Part shown: piece after piece, positions 1 through 13,434 of the stretch
Layout: each line of letters opens with the position of its first letter
How positions within the stretch are numbered: position 1 is the stretch's first letter
Source of the DNA: an uncultured Spirochaetota bacterium
GTDB taxonomy: Bacteria > Spirochaetota > Spirochaetia > SZUA-6 > Fen-1364
Assembly: GCA_963745235.1 (NCBI GenBank)
Contig: CAVUXE010000058.1
Span: forward strand, 96,001-160,000
Length of the DNA stretch: 64,000 nt
Direction of reading: 5' to 3'
Notes under the pieces: model-generated
Databases searched by the model: none
Told to the model about the DNA's origin: nothing
The model's input: only the letters and a program-made list of their open reading frames with translations
Translations under genes and position numbers: made by a program

Positions 1-1159
1 TGCCAACTGGACGGCCGTCCCGCTGGAGCGCATAGCCCCGGGAGTGACGCAGCGCGCGCCCGTGGAAGTGCCCCTGAAGACGGGCATCAAGGTTGTGGAT
101 GCCCTTACCCCCATCGGAAGAGGCCAGCGGCAGCTCATTGTCGGAGACCGCAACACGGGGAAAACGGCCCTCGTGGTGGACACCATCATCAACCAGCGCT
201 CCCTGGACCTGGATCTTCCGCAGGTGGTCTGCGTGTACTGCGCCATCGGTCAAAAGAGGGGATCCATCGCCCGCACGGTGGCGAAGCTCGCCGAAGAGCG
301 GGCGATGGGATACACCATCGTCGTGGCGGCAAGCTCCTCGACCCCGGCCGCAATGCAGTACCTCGCTCCGTTTGCAGCCTGCGCCATCGGTGAGTACTTC
401 ATGGAAAAGGGCAGGGATGCGCTCGTGGTCTACGACGACCTTTCCAAGCACGCGTGGGCCTATCGGCAGCTCTCCCTGCTCCTTCGGCGCCCCGCCGGCA
501 GGGAAGCCTACCCGGGGGACATATTCTATCTCCACTCGAGGCTCCTGGAGCGGGCCGCGAAGCTCTCCAAGGCAAATGGCGGGGGCTCCCTGACCGCGTT
601 GCCCATCATCGAGACTCAGGCGGGAGACATCTCGGCCTACATCCCGACGAACGTCATATCGATTACCGACGGCCAGATCTACCTGGAGACAGATCTGTTC
701 AACGCCGGACAGCGTCCCGCGGTGAACGCCGGTCTTTCGGTGTCCCGCGTGGGAGGCAAGGCGCAATCGAAATCCTTCCGCCAGGTCTCCGGCCTCATGC
801 GCCTGGAGCTGGCCCAGTACCAGTCCCTGGCCGCCTTCTCCCAGTTCGGCTCGGACCTGGACGAGGCGACCCAGAAGAGGATCAACAGAGGCAAGCGGAT
901 CGTGGAGATCCTCAAACAACCGCAGTTCTCCCCCCTGGGAGACCTGGAGCAGGTCATCAGCATCCACGCGGCGGGGTCCGGCCTTCTGGACGAGGTGCCG
1001 CTGGAGAAGATTGCGGAGTTCGAGAGCAGGGTCATGGACCACCTGCGCACAAGCAATGCCCCCCTGGCACAGAAGCTTGCCGGCGGCGGGCGCATGGATG
1101 ACGCCACGCTGAAGGAGCTCAACGAGGCCGTCACCGCGTTTGCAAAGACGGTGCGGTGA
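1..1159 (+). CDS. atpA: F1Fo ATP synthase subunit alpha (5'-truncated by window edge)
   Basis: Frame is open from base 2. Motifs [58 protein letters not shown]. Confidence 0.97.
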   Translation, partial: ANWTAVPLERIAPGVTQRAPVEVPLKTGIKVVDALTPIGRGQRQLIVGDRNTGKTALVVDTIINQRSLDLDLPQVVCVYCAIGQKRGSIARTVAKLAEERAMGYTIVVAASSSTPAAMQYLAPFAACAIGEYFMEKGRDALVVYDDLSKHAWAYRQLSLLLRRPAGREAYPGDIFYLHSRLLERAAKLSKANGGGSLTALPIIETQAGDISAYIPTNVISITDGQIYLETDLFNAGQRPAVNAGLSVSRVGGKAQSKSFRQVSGLMRLELAQYQSLAAFSQFGSDLDEATQKRINRGKRIVEILKQPQFSPLGDLEQVISIHAAGSGLLDEVPLEKIAEFESRVMDHLRTSNAPLAQKLAGGGRMDDATLKELNEAVTAFAKTVR

Positions 1160-1168
1160 GAGGGGCGG

Positions 1169-3975
<2,807 letters not shown>

Positions 3976-3989
3976 CGTGTCGGCCTTTC

Positions 3990-4018
3990 TTGACGTTCGG
4001 CGCTGGCTGACTGATACT
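3990..4018 (+). promoter_or_regulatory. candidate sigma70 promoter for the TPR gene
   Basis: TTGACG-17 nt-GATACT upstream of the SD and ATG 4035. Confidence 0.45.
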
Positions 4019-4034
4019 GGTCAGGGGGGAACAC

Positions 4035-4739
4035 ATGAACGCGCACGGAACACACCACGACCTTTTCGACCTCTCATCTCCGCAGACCGCGGAGGCCATG
4101 AGGCACCATCTCCTGGGGGAGCGGGAAGAGGCTGAGAAGGCCTTCGAAAAGCTCCTCCAGAAGGATCCGGACAACCATTTTTTCCACTATCTCCTTGGCG
4201 AGACCCAGTACGCGCTGGGCCGTCTCAAGGACTCCGTGCTCGAGTACCAGAAGGCCATCGACCTGAAGCCGGATTTCGGCGTTGCCTACTACAAGATGGG
4301 AGTCTGCTACCATCGCATGGGCCAGTTGGAAAAGAGCCTGGAAAGCTTCACGACCATTCTGAAGATGCGCGGGCAGGGGCACGCCATGGCCAGCTATTTC
4401 GTCGGCCTCATCAACCAGTTCCTGGGCAACGACGCGGAGGCGGAGGAAGGGTTCCGCGTCCTTCGCGGGTCATCACGCGAATCCCTGATCGCCAATTACT
4501 ACCTCGCCCAGCTCAAGATAAAACACCATCGCTACCAGGAAGCCCTTGACCTGCTTGAGGAGCTCCTGACGGCAACACCCAACCTCGCGGAAGTGCACTT
4601 CCAGAAGGGCATGGTGTTCATGGGCATGCACAACAACATGGAAGCCATTCGAAGCTTCCGAAAGACGCTGGAGCTGAACCCGGAGGATGCGCGCGCACGA
4701 AGCAACCTGGAGCTCCTGACGGAAGTCCCCGAGCCCTAG
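4035..4739 (+). CDS. tetratricopeptide repeat protein
   Basis: Several TPR-like units, e.g. YQKAIDLKPDFGVAYYKMG and FRKTLELNPEDARARSNL. Confidence 0.85.
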   Translation: MNAHGTHHDLFDLSSPQTAEAMRHHLLGEREEAEKAFEKLLQKDPDNHFFHYLLGETQYALGRLKDSVLEYQKAIDLKPDFGVAYYKMGVCYHRMGQLEKSLESFTTILKMRGQGHAMASYFVGLINQFLGNDAEAEEGFRVLRGSSRESLIANYYLAQLKIKHHRYQEALDLLEELLTATPNLAEVHFQKGMVFMGMHNNMEAIRSFRKTLELNPEDARARSNLELLTEVPEP

Positions 4740-4759
4740 CGAGCCCTGCAGGGAAGCTG

Positions 4760-5986
4760 TTGCACCCCGTGGCGAGCCCTCTCCGCGTCGTTGTCATAGG
4801 CAACGGGATTGCCGGCACCATGACTGCCGCAAAGCTGCGCCAGCTGGAGCCTGATCCGGATCGGCTGCGGGTGGAGATCTACAGCCGCGAGCCATTCGAG
4901 TACTACTCGCGCATCCGCCTCCCAGAGGTCTTCTCCTCCCGCCTGAACGCGGAAGACCTGAAGATCTACAAGACCGACTGGTACGCGGGCAAGCACATCG
5001 ACGTCTTCAAGAACCAGGAGGTCGTGCGGATAGATCGCGCCGCGCGGCGCATCCGCATCCGAAGCGGCGCAGAAGTCCCGTATGACGAGCTGGTCCTCTG
5101 CATGGGCGCGGACAGCTACAAGCCCCCCATAGGGAATCTCGACCTGGATGGGGTCTTCACGATCAGGGAGTATGGAGACGCCGACGCGCTGCGCAACTAT
5201 CTCACCGCGGGGACGCGTCATGCCGTGGTGATCGGCGGAGGCTTGCTGGGGCTCGAAGCCGCCCGCTTCATCCAGGTCCCGGGTGTGGAGACTGTGACCG
5301 TGGTGGAGCTCTTCCCGCGCCTTCTGCCGCGACAGCTGGATGAAACTGGGTCGAGGCTCCTCGTGAAGCTCGTGGAGCGGCAGGGCTGCAGGATCATTCT
5401 GGGCGTGCAGGTCATCGAGCTTGTCGGGGAAAAACAGGTCCAGGGGCTGCGGCTCGCGGACGGACGGCAGCTGCCCGCCCAGACGGTGCTGATATCCGCG
5501 GGCATCAGCCCCCGGGTCTCGATGGCTCGAGAGGCCGGATTGGAAGTGAAAAGGGGAGTCGTGGCAGACGAGCACCTGCGCACCAGTGATCCCCACATCT
5601 GGGCGGCCGGGGACCTGGTGGACTTCCAGGGAATCGTATGGGGAATCATCCCCGCGGCCCTGGATCACGCGCCCGTGGTGGCCGGCAACATCCTGGGCGG
5701 CGGCCTGTCGTACCGTCAGACCATCCCTCAGAACACCTTGAAGGTGGCGGGGATCAACGTCACCAGCATCGGCAAGGTCATCCTGGAGCATGGCGAGGAG
5801 GACAGGTTCGGCGTGGTCGAAAGGCTTCAGGAAGAAAACAGCCGCTACGAGAAGTACCTGCTGGAAGACGGCGTTCTGGCGGGCTGCATCCTCCTGGGGT
5901 CACGTGAGAACTTCGGCTTCGCGATGCAGCACATCGGGAAGCCCGTCACGCGGGAAGAGGTGGCAGCGCGGCTTGACTGGAAATAG
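4760..5986 (+). CDS. NAD(P)/FAD-dependent oxidoreductase (NADH:rubredoxin reductase / NirB N-terminal-like)
   Basis: VVIGNGIAG (FAD), VIGGGLLGLEAA (NAD), TSDPHIWAAGD, C-terminal LKVAG...GCILLG. No BFD or siroheme domains. Confidence 0.85.
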   Translation: MHPVASPLRVVVIGNGIAGTMTAAKLRQLEPDPDRLRVEIYSREPFEYYSRIRLPEVFSSRLNAEDLKIYKTDWYAGKHIDVFKNQEVVRIDRAARRIRIRSGAEVPYDELVLCMGADSYKPPIGNLDLDGVFTIREYGDADALRNYLTAGTRHAVVIGGGLLGLEAARFIQVPGVETVTVVELFPRLLPRQLDETGSRLLVKLVERQGCRIILGVQVIELVGEKQVQGLRLADGRQLPAQTVLISAGISPRVSMAREAGLEVKRGVVADEHLRTSDPHIWAAGDLVDFQGIVWGIIPAALDHAPVVAGNILGGGLSYRQTIPQNTLKVAGINVTSIGKVILEHGEEDRFGVVERLQEENSRYEKYLLEDGVLAGCILLGSRENFGFAMQHIGKPVTREEVAARLDWK

Positions 5987-6003
5987 TGCCGGCGCCAAGG
6001 CCG

Positions 6004-6053
6004 GCCCGGCCGTGGGCACCAGCGCCGGGTCGCGGCGCCCCTGACGGCCGGGC
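6004..6053. terminator. GC-rich hairpin between convergent genes
   Basis: GCCCGGCCGT (6004-6013) pairs with ACGGCCGGGC (6044-6053), with an inner stem. No U-tract. Confidence 0.35.
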
Positions 6054-6061
6054 GGCTCCCC

Positions 6062-7522
6062 TCACGGCCCTGTGAACAATCCTATCAGCGAAAGCATGGG
6101 GCTCGGATAGACGCCAAGGGCAACCACGACCAGGGTCAGCACCGCAAGAGAAAGTCCCGTCAGGAGCGGTTGTCGAACCGCCTGGCCGGCGGAAACGGAG
6201 CCTTCCCGGCTTCGATACATCGCCGAGACCACGCGAATATAATAGAAGATGGAAATGGTTCCGTTCACCGCGAGGATGATGATCAGCGTCCACAGCTGGG
6301 CACCCGCGCCGGCGCTCAGGATGATGAACTTCCCCACGAAGCCGGCGGTGAAAGGCAGCCCCGCCAGGGACAGGAGCGACGCCGTGAACACCCCCGTGAG
6401 CCAGGGCGAGCGTGCGGCAAGGCCCACGTAATCCTCGATCATGTCGGCTTCTTTCTCCGGGGTGGAGAGGGCTGCCACAACGGCGAATGCAGCGAGCTTC
6501 ATGGCGAAATACGCAACGAGGTAGAAAGAGACCGCCCGAACGGCAAGCGTTCCCCCCGCCACAAAGGCCACCAGAAGGTATCCGAGATGGGCGATGGAGG
6601 AGTAGGCGAGGATCCGCTTGACGTTGTTCTCCCGCAGGGCCAGGAGATTTCCAACGAACATGGAAAGCCCCGCAATGATCGTGAATACCCAGGGGAACGC
6701 GCCTCCCGAGCCTCCGGGCGCGACAAAGGAGTCCGCCCCGATGGGGACGAGCAGCCTGACCAGCAGCACAGTCACGGCGCCCTTGGAAACCGTGGCAATA
6801 TACCCGGCGACAGGCGCGGGGGCCCCGTCGTAGATGTCCGGCGTCCAGAGATGAAAGGGCACGACGGCGAGCTTGAAGCCAAGCCCCACCATGATCATTC
6901 CAAGGCCGACAAGGGCAAGGATGCCGTCCGCCGGGCTCTTGCCGCCCGCTGTCCCGAGGGCGACCCTGCTGATTTCCATGCTCCCGGAAGCGGCATAGAT
7001 CAGGGCCATTCCGAACAGCAGGAACGCGGAGGTGACCCCCGCAAGGACCAGGTACTTGATGCCCGCCTCGGCGCCGGCGCCCCGTTCCCTCCTCCACGCA
7101 ATGAGGGTGTAGAGTGAGACGCTGAGCAGCTCCAGGCCAAGGAAGAATGTCGCAAACGCGCTTGCCGCCATGAGCACCATGGCGCCCAGGGATGCAAGGA
7201 GCAGGAGGAAATAGTACTCCCCCCGCGCCTGATCATGGCCGCGCAGGTAGGCCCAGGAGCTTGCGGTTACGAACACGCTGGCCGCCAGGATGAGCCCCAT
7301 GCCGAAAATCACAAACCGGTCGATAGTGAGGAGACCCCCGACCTCACGGGGAGCAGCGGTCCACGCCAGCCCGAGGGAGGCCAGCGCAACCACAAAACCG
7401 GCGAGGGTCAGCCCCGCGGCAAGGCCGTGTCGCCGCACGAAGGCGGCCGCCAGCAGGACGAGCAGGGACACCACGCCTGCCACCAGCAGGGGGAGAAGAA
7501 CAAGGATGTCCTGGATGCTCAT
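6062..7522 (-). CDS. nuoN: NADH-quinone oxidoreductase subunit N
   Basis: GLGFKLAVVPFHLWTPDIYDGAP, KRILAYSSIAH, SLAGLPFTAGFVGKF. Confidence 0.96.
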   Translation of the reverse strand: MSIQDILVLLPLLVAGVVSLLVLLAAAFVRRHGLAAGLTLAGFVVALASLGLAWTAAPREVGGLLTIDRFVIFGMGLILAASVFVTASSWAYLRGHDQARGEYYFLLLLASLGAMVLMAASAFATFFLGLELLSVSLYTLIAWRRERGAGAEAGIKYLVLAGVTSAFLLFGMALIYAASGSMEISRVALGTAGGKSPADGILALVGLGMIMVGLGFKLAVVPFHLWTPDIYDGAPAPVAGYIATVSKGAVTVLLVRLLVPIGADSFVAPGGSGGAFPWVFTIIAGLSMFVGNLLALRENNVKRILAYSSIAHLGYLLVAFVAGGTLAVRAVSFYLVAYFAMKLAAFAVVAALSTPEKEADMIEDYVGLAARSPWLTGVFTASLLSLAGLPFTAGFVGKFIILSAGAGAQLWTLIIILAVNGTISIFYYIRVVSAMYRSREGSVSAGQAVRQPLLTGLSLAVLTLVVVALGVYPSPMLSLIGLFTGP

Positions 7523-9017
7523 GCGCCACCCCCGACCGTTGCCAGCACCCCCGCCACTACCTGGTCGACAACGCGCAGGATTGCCTGGGGAAAGAGCCCC
7601 AGCACCACCAGGAGCGCGATCATGACATAGAGCACCCCCGTTTCCAGACCGGAAAGATCGGGGAAGACCCAGCTTTCGCGGGGGCTCCCATGGAACGCGA
7701 GCTGGATCATGCGAAGCGCATACACCATGGCAATCACGAGCCCTCCGCCCGCGAGCACCGTCACCACGATGCTCACGCGCTAGGTGCCCAGGAGGACCAG
7801 GAACTCGGATACGAAGTTGACGAGCCCCGGCAGCCCCACCAGGGCCATTGCGAGCACCAGCCCGCGGCGCCCATCCGGGGAGCCTGGCGCCAGAGCCCTC
7901 CCATGCGGTTCAGGTCACGTGTGTGGATCCGGTCCTGCAGGACCCCCACCAGGATGAACAGGGCGCCGGTGCTGATGCCATGGCTCACCATCTGGAGCAC
8001 GGCCCCGGAGAGGGCAATGCTGGTGAACGCGTAAATGCCGAGCAGCACGAACCCGAGGTGGCTCACGCTCGTGTAGGCAACCAGCCGCTTCATGTCCGAC
8101 TGGCTGAAGGCCATGAACCCGCCGTAGATGATGCCCGCCACCGCCAGGGCGATGGCAACGGGCGCGAACTCGCGCGAGGCGGCAGGGAAAAGGGGAATGG
8201 CGAACCGGATGAGCCCGTATCCGCCGGTCTTCAGGAGGAGGCCCGCAAGGATCACGCTGCCCGCCGTGGGCGCCTCCGTGTGCGCGTCCGGGAGCCACGT
8301 GTGCAGAGGGAACATGGGCAGCTTGACCGCGAAAGCGGCGAAGAAACCGAGCATCAGGACCATCCCCATGACCGGGGACAGGGTCGTTCCCAGGAGGTCG
8401 CGGTAGTCGAATGAGAGGGAGCCGCTTGCCATGCCGTGCACCACGGCCAGGCCGATGATGGCCACGAGCATCAGGAGCCCGCCGATCTGCGTGAAGAGGA
8501 AGAACTTCACGGCGGCCTTGTGGCGGTTCTCATGTCCCCAGATGTCGATCAGGAAATACATGGGGATGAGCATCAACTCCCAGAAGAAGGCGAACAGGAA
8601 GAGGTCCAGGGCCAGGAATACGCCGTTCACGCCGGCAAGCACGAGGGAGAGATTGAGATGGAAGAACCCCACCCGTTCGCGTATGCCCGTCCAGGAGGCC
8701 AGCACCGACATGATTCCGAGGAACGCCGTGAGGGCCACCATGACCAGGCTGAGGCCGTCCAGCCCGAGGGAGAAGGAGATCCCGAGGCTCGGTATCCACG
8801 GCCACTTCACCTGCGCGAGCCACGGCGCGGCGGCGGGCTGCATCTGGAGGGAGGCGAAGGGTCCGAAGTAGACCATCCAGAGGAGGGCCACCAGGAGCAG
8901 GTTCACGATATTTCCCGCCAGGGTGAGCCAGCGGCTGACCAGGGGGCGCCTTGCTCCGAAGGCCCAGCCGACAAGCCCGCAGAGCAGGGGAACTGGCAAT
9001 AAGGGCTACCAGGATCA
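7519..9017 (-). CDS. nuoM: NADH-quinone oxidoreductase subunit M (frameshifted near 9000 and 7780-7860)
   Basis: FFWELMLIPMYFLI, AVKLPMFPLHTWLPDAHTEAPTAGSVILA, DMKRLVAYTSVSH. C-terminus in ORF 7519..7776. Confidence 0.93.
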
Positions 9018-10997
9018 TAGCAGCACCGCCGCCGCAATCACGAGCGCGGCCCCCGCGGCCACCCCGGCCGCGTACCAGCGGACCCTGCCGTTCTGCGTCC
9101 ATCGAAACGCCCGGGAGAGGAGCATGCTCAGGCCTCCCACGCCGTCAGAGATCCGGTCCGCCACGTCGCGCTCGTTCAGCTTCCACAGCCGGACGAACGG
9201 GCGCACGATGGCGCGGTCATACAGCCAGTCGAAGCCCCAGCCCTCCGGAAAAAATCGAACCGCCGGGGACCTGGCCGCGGAGGTGCCGGTTTTCGCGACC
9301 GCGCTGACCGCGCGCCGGGAGATCAGCCACCCGACCGGGATTCCCAGGAGGGAGCGGCCTCCGAAATGAGCTGGAGGATGCTGTCCGTGGAGAGCGGCAC
9401 CGCGGTCGCTTTCCCCGCCGGGCAATGCGGTTTCCAGGAACCGGGTGATGAACGGACTTCCGCCGAGGGTCCGCGGCAGATCGAGGAACCCTCCCACAAG
9501 GCAGAGCGCTGCCAGAATGGCGAGCGGGATCCCCATGATGACCCCTGCCTGCATGCCGTCTTTGCCTGCGGCGAGACCTCTTTGCCGGGGCCTTGGACAC
9601 CGTGAGCGCTGTCAGCTCCGCCGTGCGCCGCGCCATGCCCGTGAGCGGCCGCCCCCCTCGGCTTGCCGCCGAAGACCATGAACACGAGCCGGAACATGTA
9701 GACCGAGGTGACGAAGACTCCCGCGACCCCAAGCACCCAGAGGATGCGTCCGGCCCGGCCTGACTGCCACACCCGGGAGAGGATGAGGTCCTTGCTGGAG
9801 AAACCCGCCGTGGTCGGCGGAATGGCCGCGAGCGCAAGCGCGCCGATGAGGAAGGTCCAGAACGTGAAGGGCGATTTCCGCGCCAGCCCGCCCATGGCGA
9901 AGATGTCGTGCTCGTGGTTCATGGCGAGGATCACCACGCCAGCGCCGAGGAAGAGGAGGGACTTGAAGAACGCGTGCGTCACGAGGTGGAAGATCGCCCC
10001 GGACCAGGCGCCGACTCCCAGGGCCAGGAACATGTAGCCGAGCTGGCTCATGGTGGAGTAGGCGAGCACCCGCTTGATGTTCGTCTGCGTCGGCGCGCTG
10101 AACCCGGCGACGAGCACGCCCGCCAGGCCGATGATCGCCACGGCCGTCATGCACCGCGGGGGCAAGGGCGAACAGCGCGTGCGTGCGCGCGATGAGGTAG
10201 ACGCCCGCCGTGACCATGGTGGCGGCGTGGATGAGGGCGCTGACCGGGGAGGGGCCGGCCATGGCGTCAGGAAGCCACGTCTGCAGGGGAAGCTGGGCCG
10301 ACTTGCCCACCGCGCCGCCCAGGAGCAGGGCGGCCGCGGCCACGGCCAGGGCCGAGCCGACCGGCCAGCGCGGCGGTTGCCTTGCGCGCGATTTCCTGGA
10401 TGTCGAGGCGTGCCCAGGGTCGTGGCGATGAGGAAGAGCCCGATCGGCCAGGGACACGTCGCCGATGCGCGTGACGATGAACGCCTTGCGCGCCGAGCGG
10501 CCGTTCTCGGGGTCCGTGTACCAGAAGCCGATGAGCAGGAAGCTGCACAGGCCCACGCCTTCCCAGCCCAGGTAGAGCAGCAGGAGGTTGCCCGCCATCA
10601 CCAGGATGAGCATGGAGCCGACGAAGAGGTTCATGTAGGCGAAGAACCGGCTGTAGCCTTCCTCGTCCGCCATGAACCGCGGTGGAGTAGAGATGGATGA
10701 GGAATCCCACGCCCGTGACCACGAGGATCATGACCACGGAGAGGGCGTCCAGCGTGAAGGAAATGCTCGGAGAGAAGCCGCCGGCGTTGACCCACTGCCA
10801 GAGCGTGAGGGTCACCGAGCCGCCCGCGGGCGGGGAGACCCAGAAGAGCCAGACCGCGGCAATTGCCGCAAGCATCGAAAGCCCCACGGAGCCCGCGCCG
10901 ACTGCCGCCACCGCCGCCGCGCCCATGCGCCGCCCGAACACGGCCAGGACGAGGAACCCGAGAAGGGGAAACGCCGGGATCACCAGATCCAGCTCAT
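9015..10997 (-). CDS. nuoL: NADH-quinone oxidoreductase subunit L (multiple frameshifts)
   Basis: [71 protein letters not shown] and [10 protein letters not shown], spread over 4-5 ORFs. Confidence 0.93.
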
Positions 10998-11405
10998 CTC
11001 CGTGTCCCTCCCTGCGGGACTCCCACCGCGGGGGGACGCGCCCGTGCCGCGCCAACGGGACTGGCGGGCCTGGCAGTCCCGGGTGACCCGCCGGGGGTGG
11101 TTGCCCCGCCCATTCCCATGGCGTCGGCGTCCAGGTCCTTCCTGCGGCTGTACAGGAGAAGGAGCGCAAGCCCCACGGCAACTTCCGCGGCCGCCATGGA
11201 GAGAAGGAAGATGAACATCACCTGGCCGTCCGGCTGGCCCCAGCGCGCCCCGGCCACGACGAAGGCGAGCCCCGCCGCGTTGAGCATGATCTCCACGCAG
11301 AGGAGGATGAAGAGCAGGTTGCGCCGCACGATCACGCCGATCAGGCCCAGGACGAAAAGCACGCCGGCGAGGAGCAAGCCCGTATTCGAAGGGAACGGAT
11401 GCCAT
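10994..11405 (-). CDS. nuoK: NADH-quinone oxidoreductase subunit K (early frameshift, apparent C-terminal extension)
   Basis: [25 protein letters not shown]...[11 protein letters not shown]. Confidence 0.9.
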
Positions 11406-11899
11406 CTAGTCCCCCTTTCGTCCCAGTGTGACGCAAGACGACGCCCGAGGTGGAACGCGCCGACGAGCCCGGCAAGGAGGAGGAACGCCGCCATCTCGGC
11501 GCCGAGGAGGTACGGACCGAAGAGCGCAATGCCCACCTGCCTGGGGCCGACCTCCTTTACCGCAAGAGGGGCGAAAGGTCCGGCGGCAATGACGTAGAGG
11601 AGCTCGGCAAGGAGGATCAGGCCAAGAATGACGGGCCCGATCCAGTCGCGGGCGCTCACGGTGTCGTTGCGCGGACCGATCAGCATGATCACGAAGACGA
11701 ACAGCACCATGATGGCCCCCGCGTAGATGATCACCTCCAGGGCCGCCACGAAGGCCGCGCCCAGGAGGAACATGATCACCGCCACCGCCAGGAGCGACAC
11801 CACGAGGTAGAGCAGCGCATGCACGGCGTTGCGCCGCGTGATCACCATGACCGTGGCCGCGACCGCCACGCACGCGCTTGCCGCGAAGACGGGGTTCAC
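11406..11899 (-). CDS. nuoJ: NADH-quinone oxidoreductase subunit J
   Basis: [48 protein letters not shown] start overlaps the nuoI stop. Confidence 0.9.
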
Positions 11900-12411
11900 G
11901 GCAGGAGGCTCCGCAGGTCCACGGGCGGCCGCTCGTTCTCCGCCTCTCCCTTGCCCTTGCCGCTGATCTCCATCCCGGAGACCTTGTAGAAGTTGTAGCC
12001 GGGATACTTGCCCGGGCCCGAGATGAGGAGGTCTTCCTTCTCGTAGACGAGGTTCTTGCGCTCGTACTCGGCCATCTCGTAGTCGGGGGTGAGCTGGATG
12101 GCGAACGTCGGGCAGGCTTCCTCGCAGAGCCCGCAGTAGATGCAGCGGGAGAAGTTGATCCGGAAGAAGTCGGGCTTTCGCCGGCCCTTCTCGTCGATTG
12201 CCGCCTGCAGGGCGATGCAGGCCACCGGGCACACCGCGGAGCAGAGGTGGCAGGCCACGCAGCGCTCTTCCCCGTCGGGGTCGCGCGTGAGCACGATCCG
12301 CCCCCGCCAGCGCGCGGGAAGCGTGCGCTTCTTCTCGGGATAGAGAACCGTCACCCTCTTGTGGAAGGCGTGACGGAAAGTGATCCAGAGCGTCCTCAGG
12401 ATGCTCCACAT
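11896..12411 (-). CDS. nuoI: NADH-quinone oxidoreductase subunit I
   Basis: Two CxxCxxCxxxCP ferredoxin motifs ([24 protein letters not shown]). Confidence 0.97.
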   Translation of the reverse strand: MWSILRTLWITFRHAFHKRVTVLYPEKKRTLPARWRGRIVLTRDPDGEERCVACHLCSAVCPVACIALQAAIDEKGRRKPDFFRINFSRCIYCGLCEEACPTFAIQLTPDYEMAEYERKNLVYEKEDLLISGPGKYPGYNFYKVSGMEISGKGKGEAENERPPVDLRSLLP

Positions 12412-12475
12412 GACACCAGACTCCTTCGGGCGCCCCGCGCAGCGCCTGACCTCTGCGCCCCCGGGGGCGCGTTCT

Positions 12476-13434
12476 CTATCTACCGACGGCCAGCACGACG
12501 GCGCCGGTCACCGCAAGGTTCAAAAGCGAGAGGGGAAGCATGAGCTTCCAGCCGAACGCAAGAAGCTGGTCGTAGCGGGGCCGGGGAAGGGCCGCGCGCA
12601 CCAGGATGAAAAACGCGATGAAGGCCAGGGTCTTCAGGAGGAACCAGACGATGGGCGGAAGGAAGGGGCCCTGCCAGCCGCCGAAGAACAGCGTCACGAT
12701 CATCATGGAGATCAGCGTGATCCCGATGTACTCCCCGACGTAGAACATGGCGAACTTGAAGCCGGAGTATTCGGTGTGGTAGCCGGCCACCAGCTCGCTC
12801 TCCGCCTCCGGCAGGTCGAAGGGAAGGCGCCGCGTCTCCGCGAGCCCCGCGATGAAGAACACGACGAAGCCCACGAACTGCGGCACCACGAACCACAGCC
12901 CGCGCTGCGCCGCCACGATGTCCTGCAGGCTGAAGGAGCCCGCCATGCAGCGACCACGCCCATGAGGGAGAGGCCCATGAACACCTCGTAGCTCACCATC
13001 TGGCCCACGGCGCGGATGCTGCCCAGGAGCGAGTACTTGTTGTTGGAGGCCCACCCGGCCAGGGCGACGCTGTAGACGGCGAAAGAGGACATGGCAAGGA
13101 AAAAGAGGAGGCCGATGTCGAGGTCGGACACCAGGATGGCAGGGGCAATGGGGATGACGGCAAAGGAGGCCAGGGTGGTGATCATGATGATGGCAGGGGC
13201 GATGACGAACACCGCCTTGTCGGCGAAGGGAGGGATCCAGTTCTCCTTGGTGAAGATCTTCAGCATGTCCGCGACCACCTGGAGGACGCCGAAGGGGCCG
13301 GCCCGGTTGGGTCCGTAGCGCTCCTGGAAGAAGCCCAGGAGGCGCCGCTCGACCCAGATCACTCCCGCGGCCAAGAGCATGACGCCGATGATGACCCCGA
13401 GGATCACGACGACGGCGAGAGCTGCAACGCTCAC
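12476..13434 (-). CDS. nuoH: NADH-quinone oxidoreductase subunit H (frameshift near 12950)
   Basis: [64 protein letters not shown]. Confidence 0.95.

Noticed and set aside
4760-5986. Nitrite reductase NirB
   Set aside because: Only about 400 aa, lacking the BFD-like Fe-S and siroheme domains, and no nirD is adjacent.
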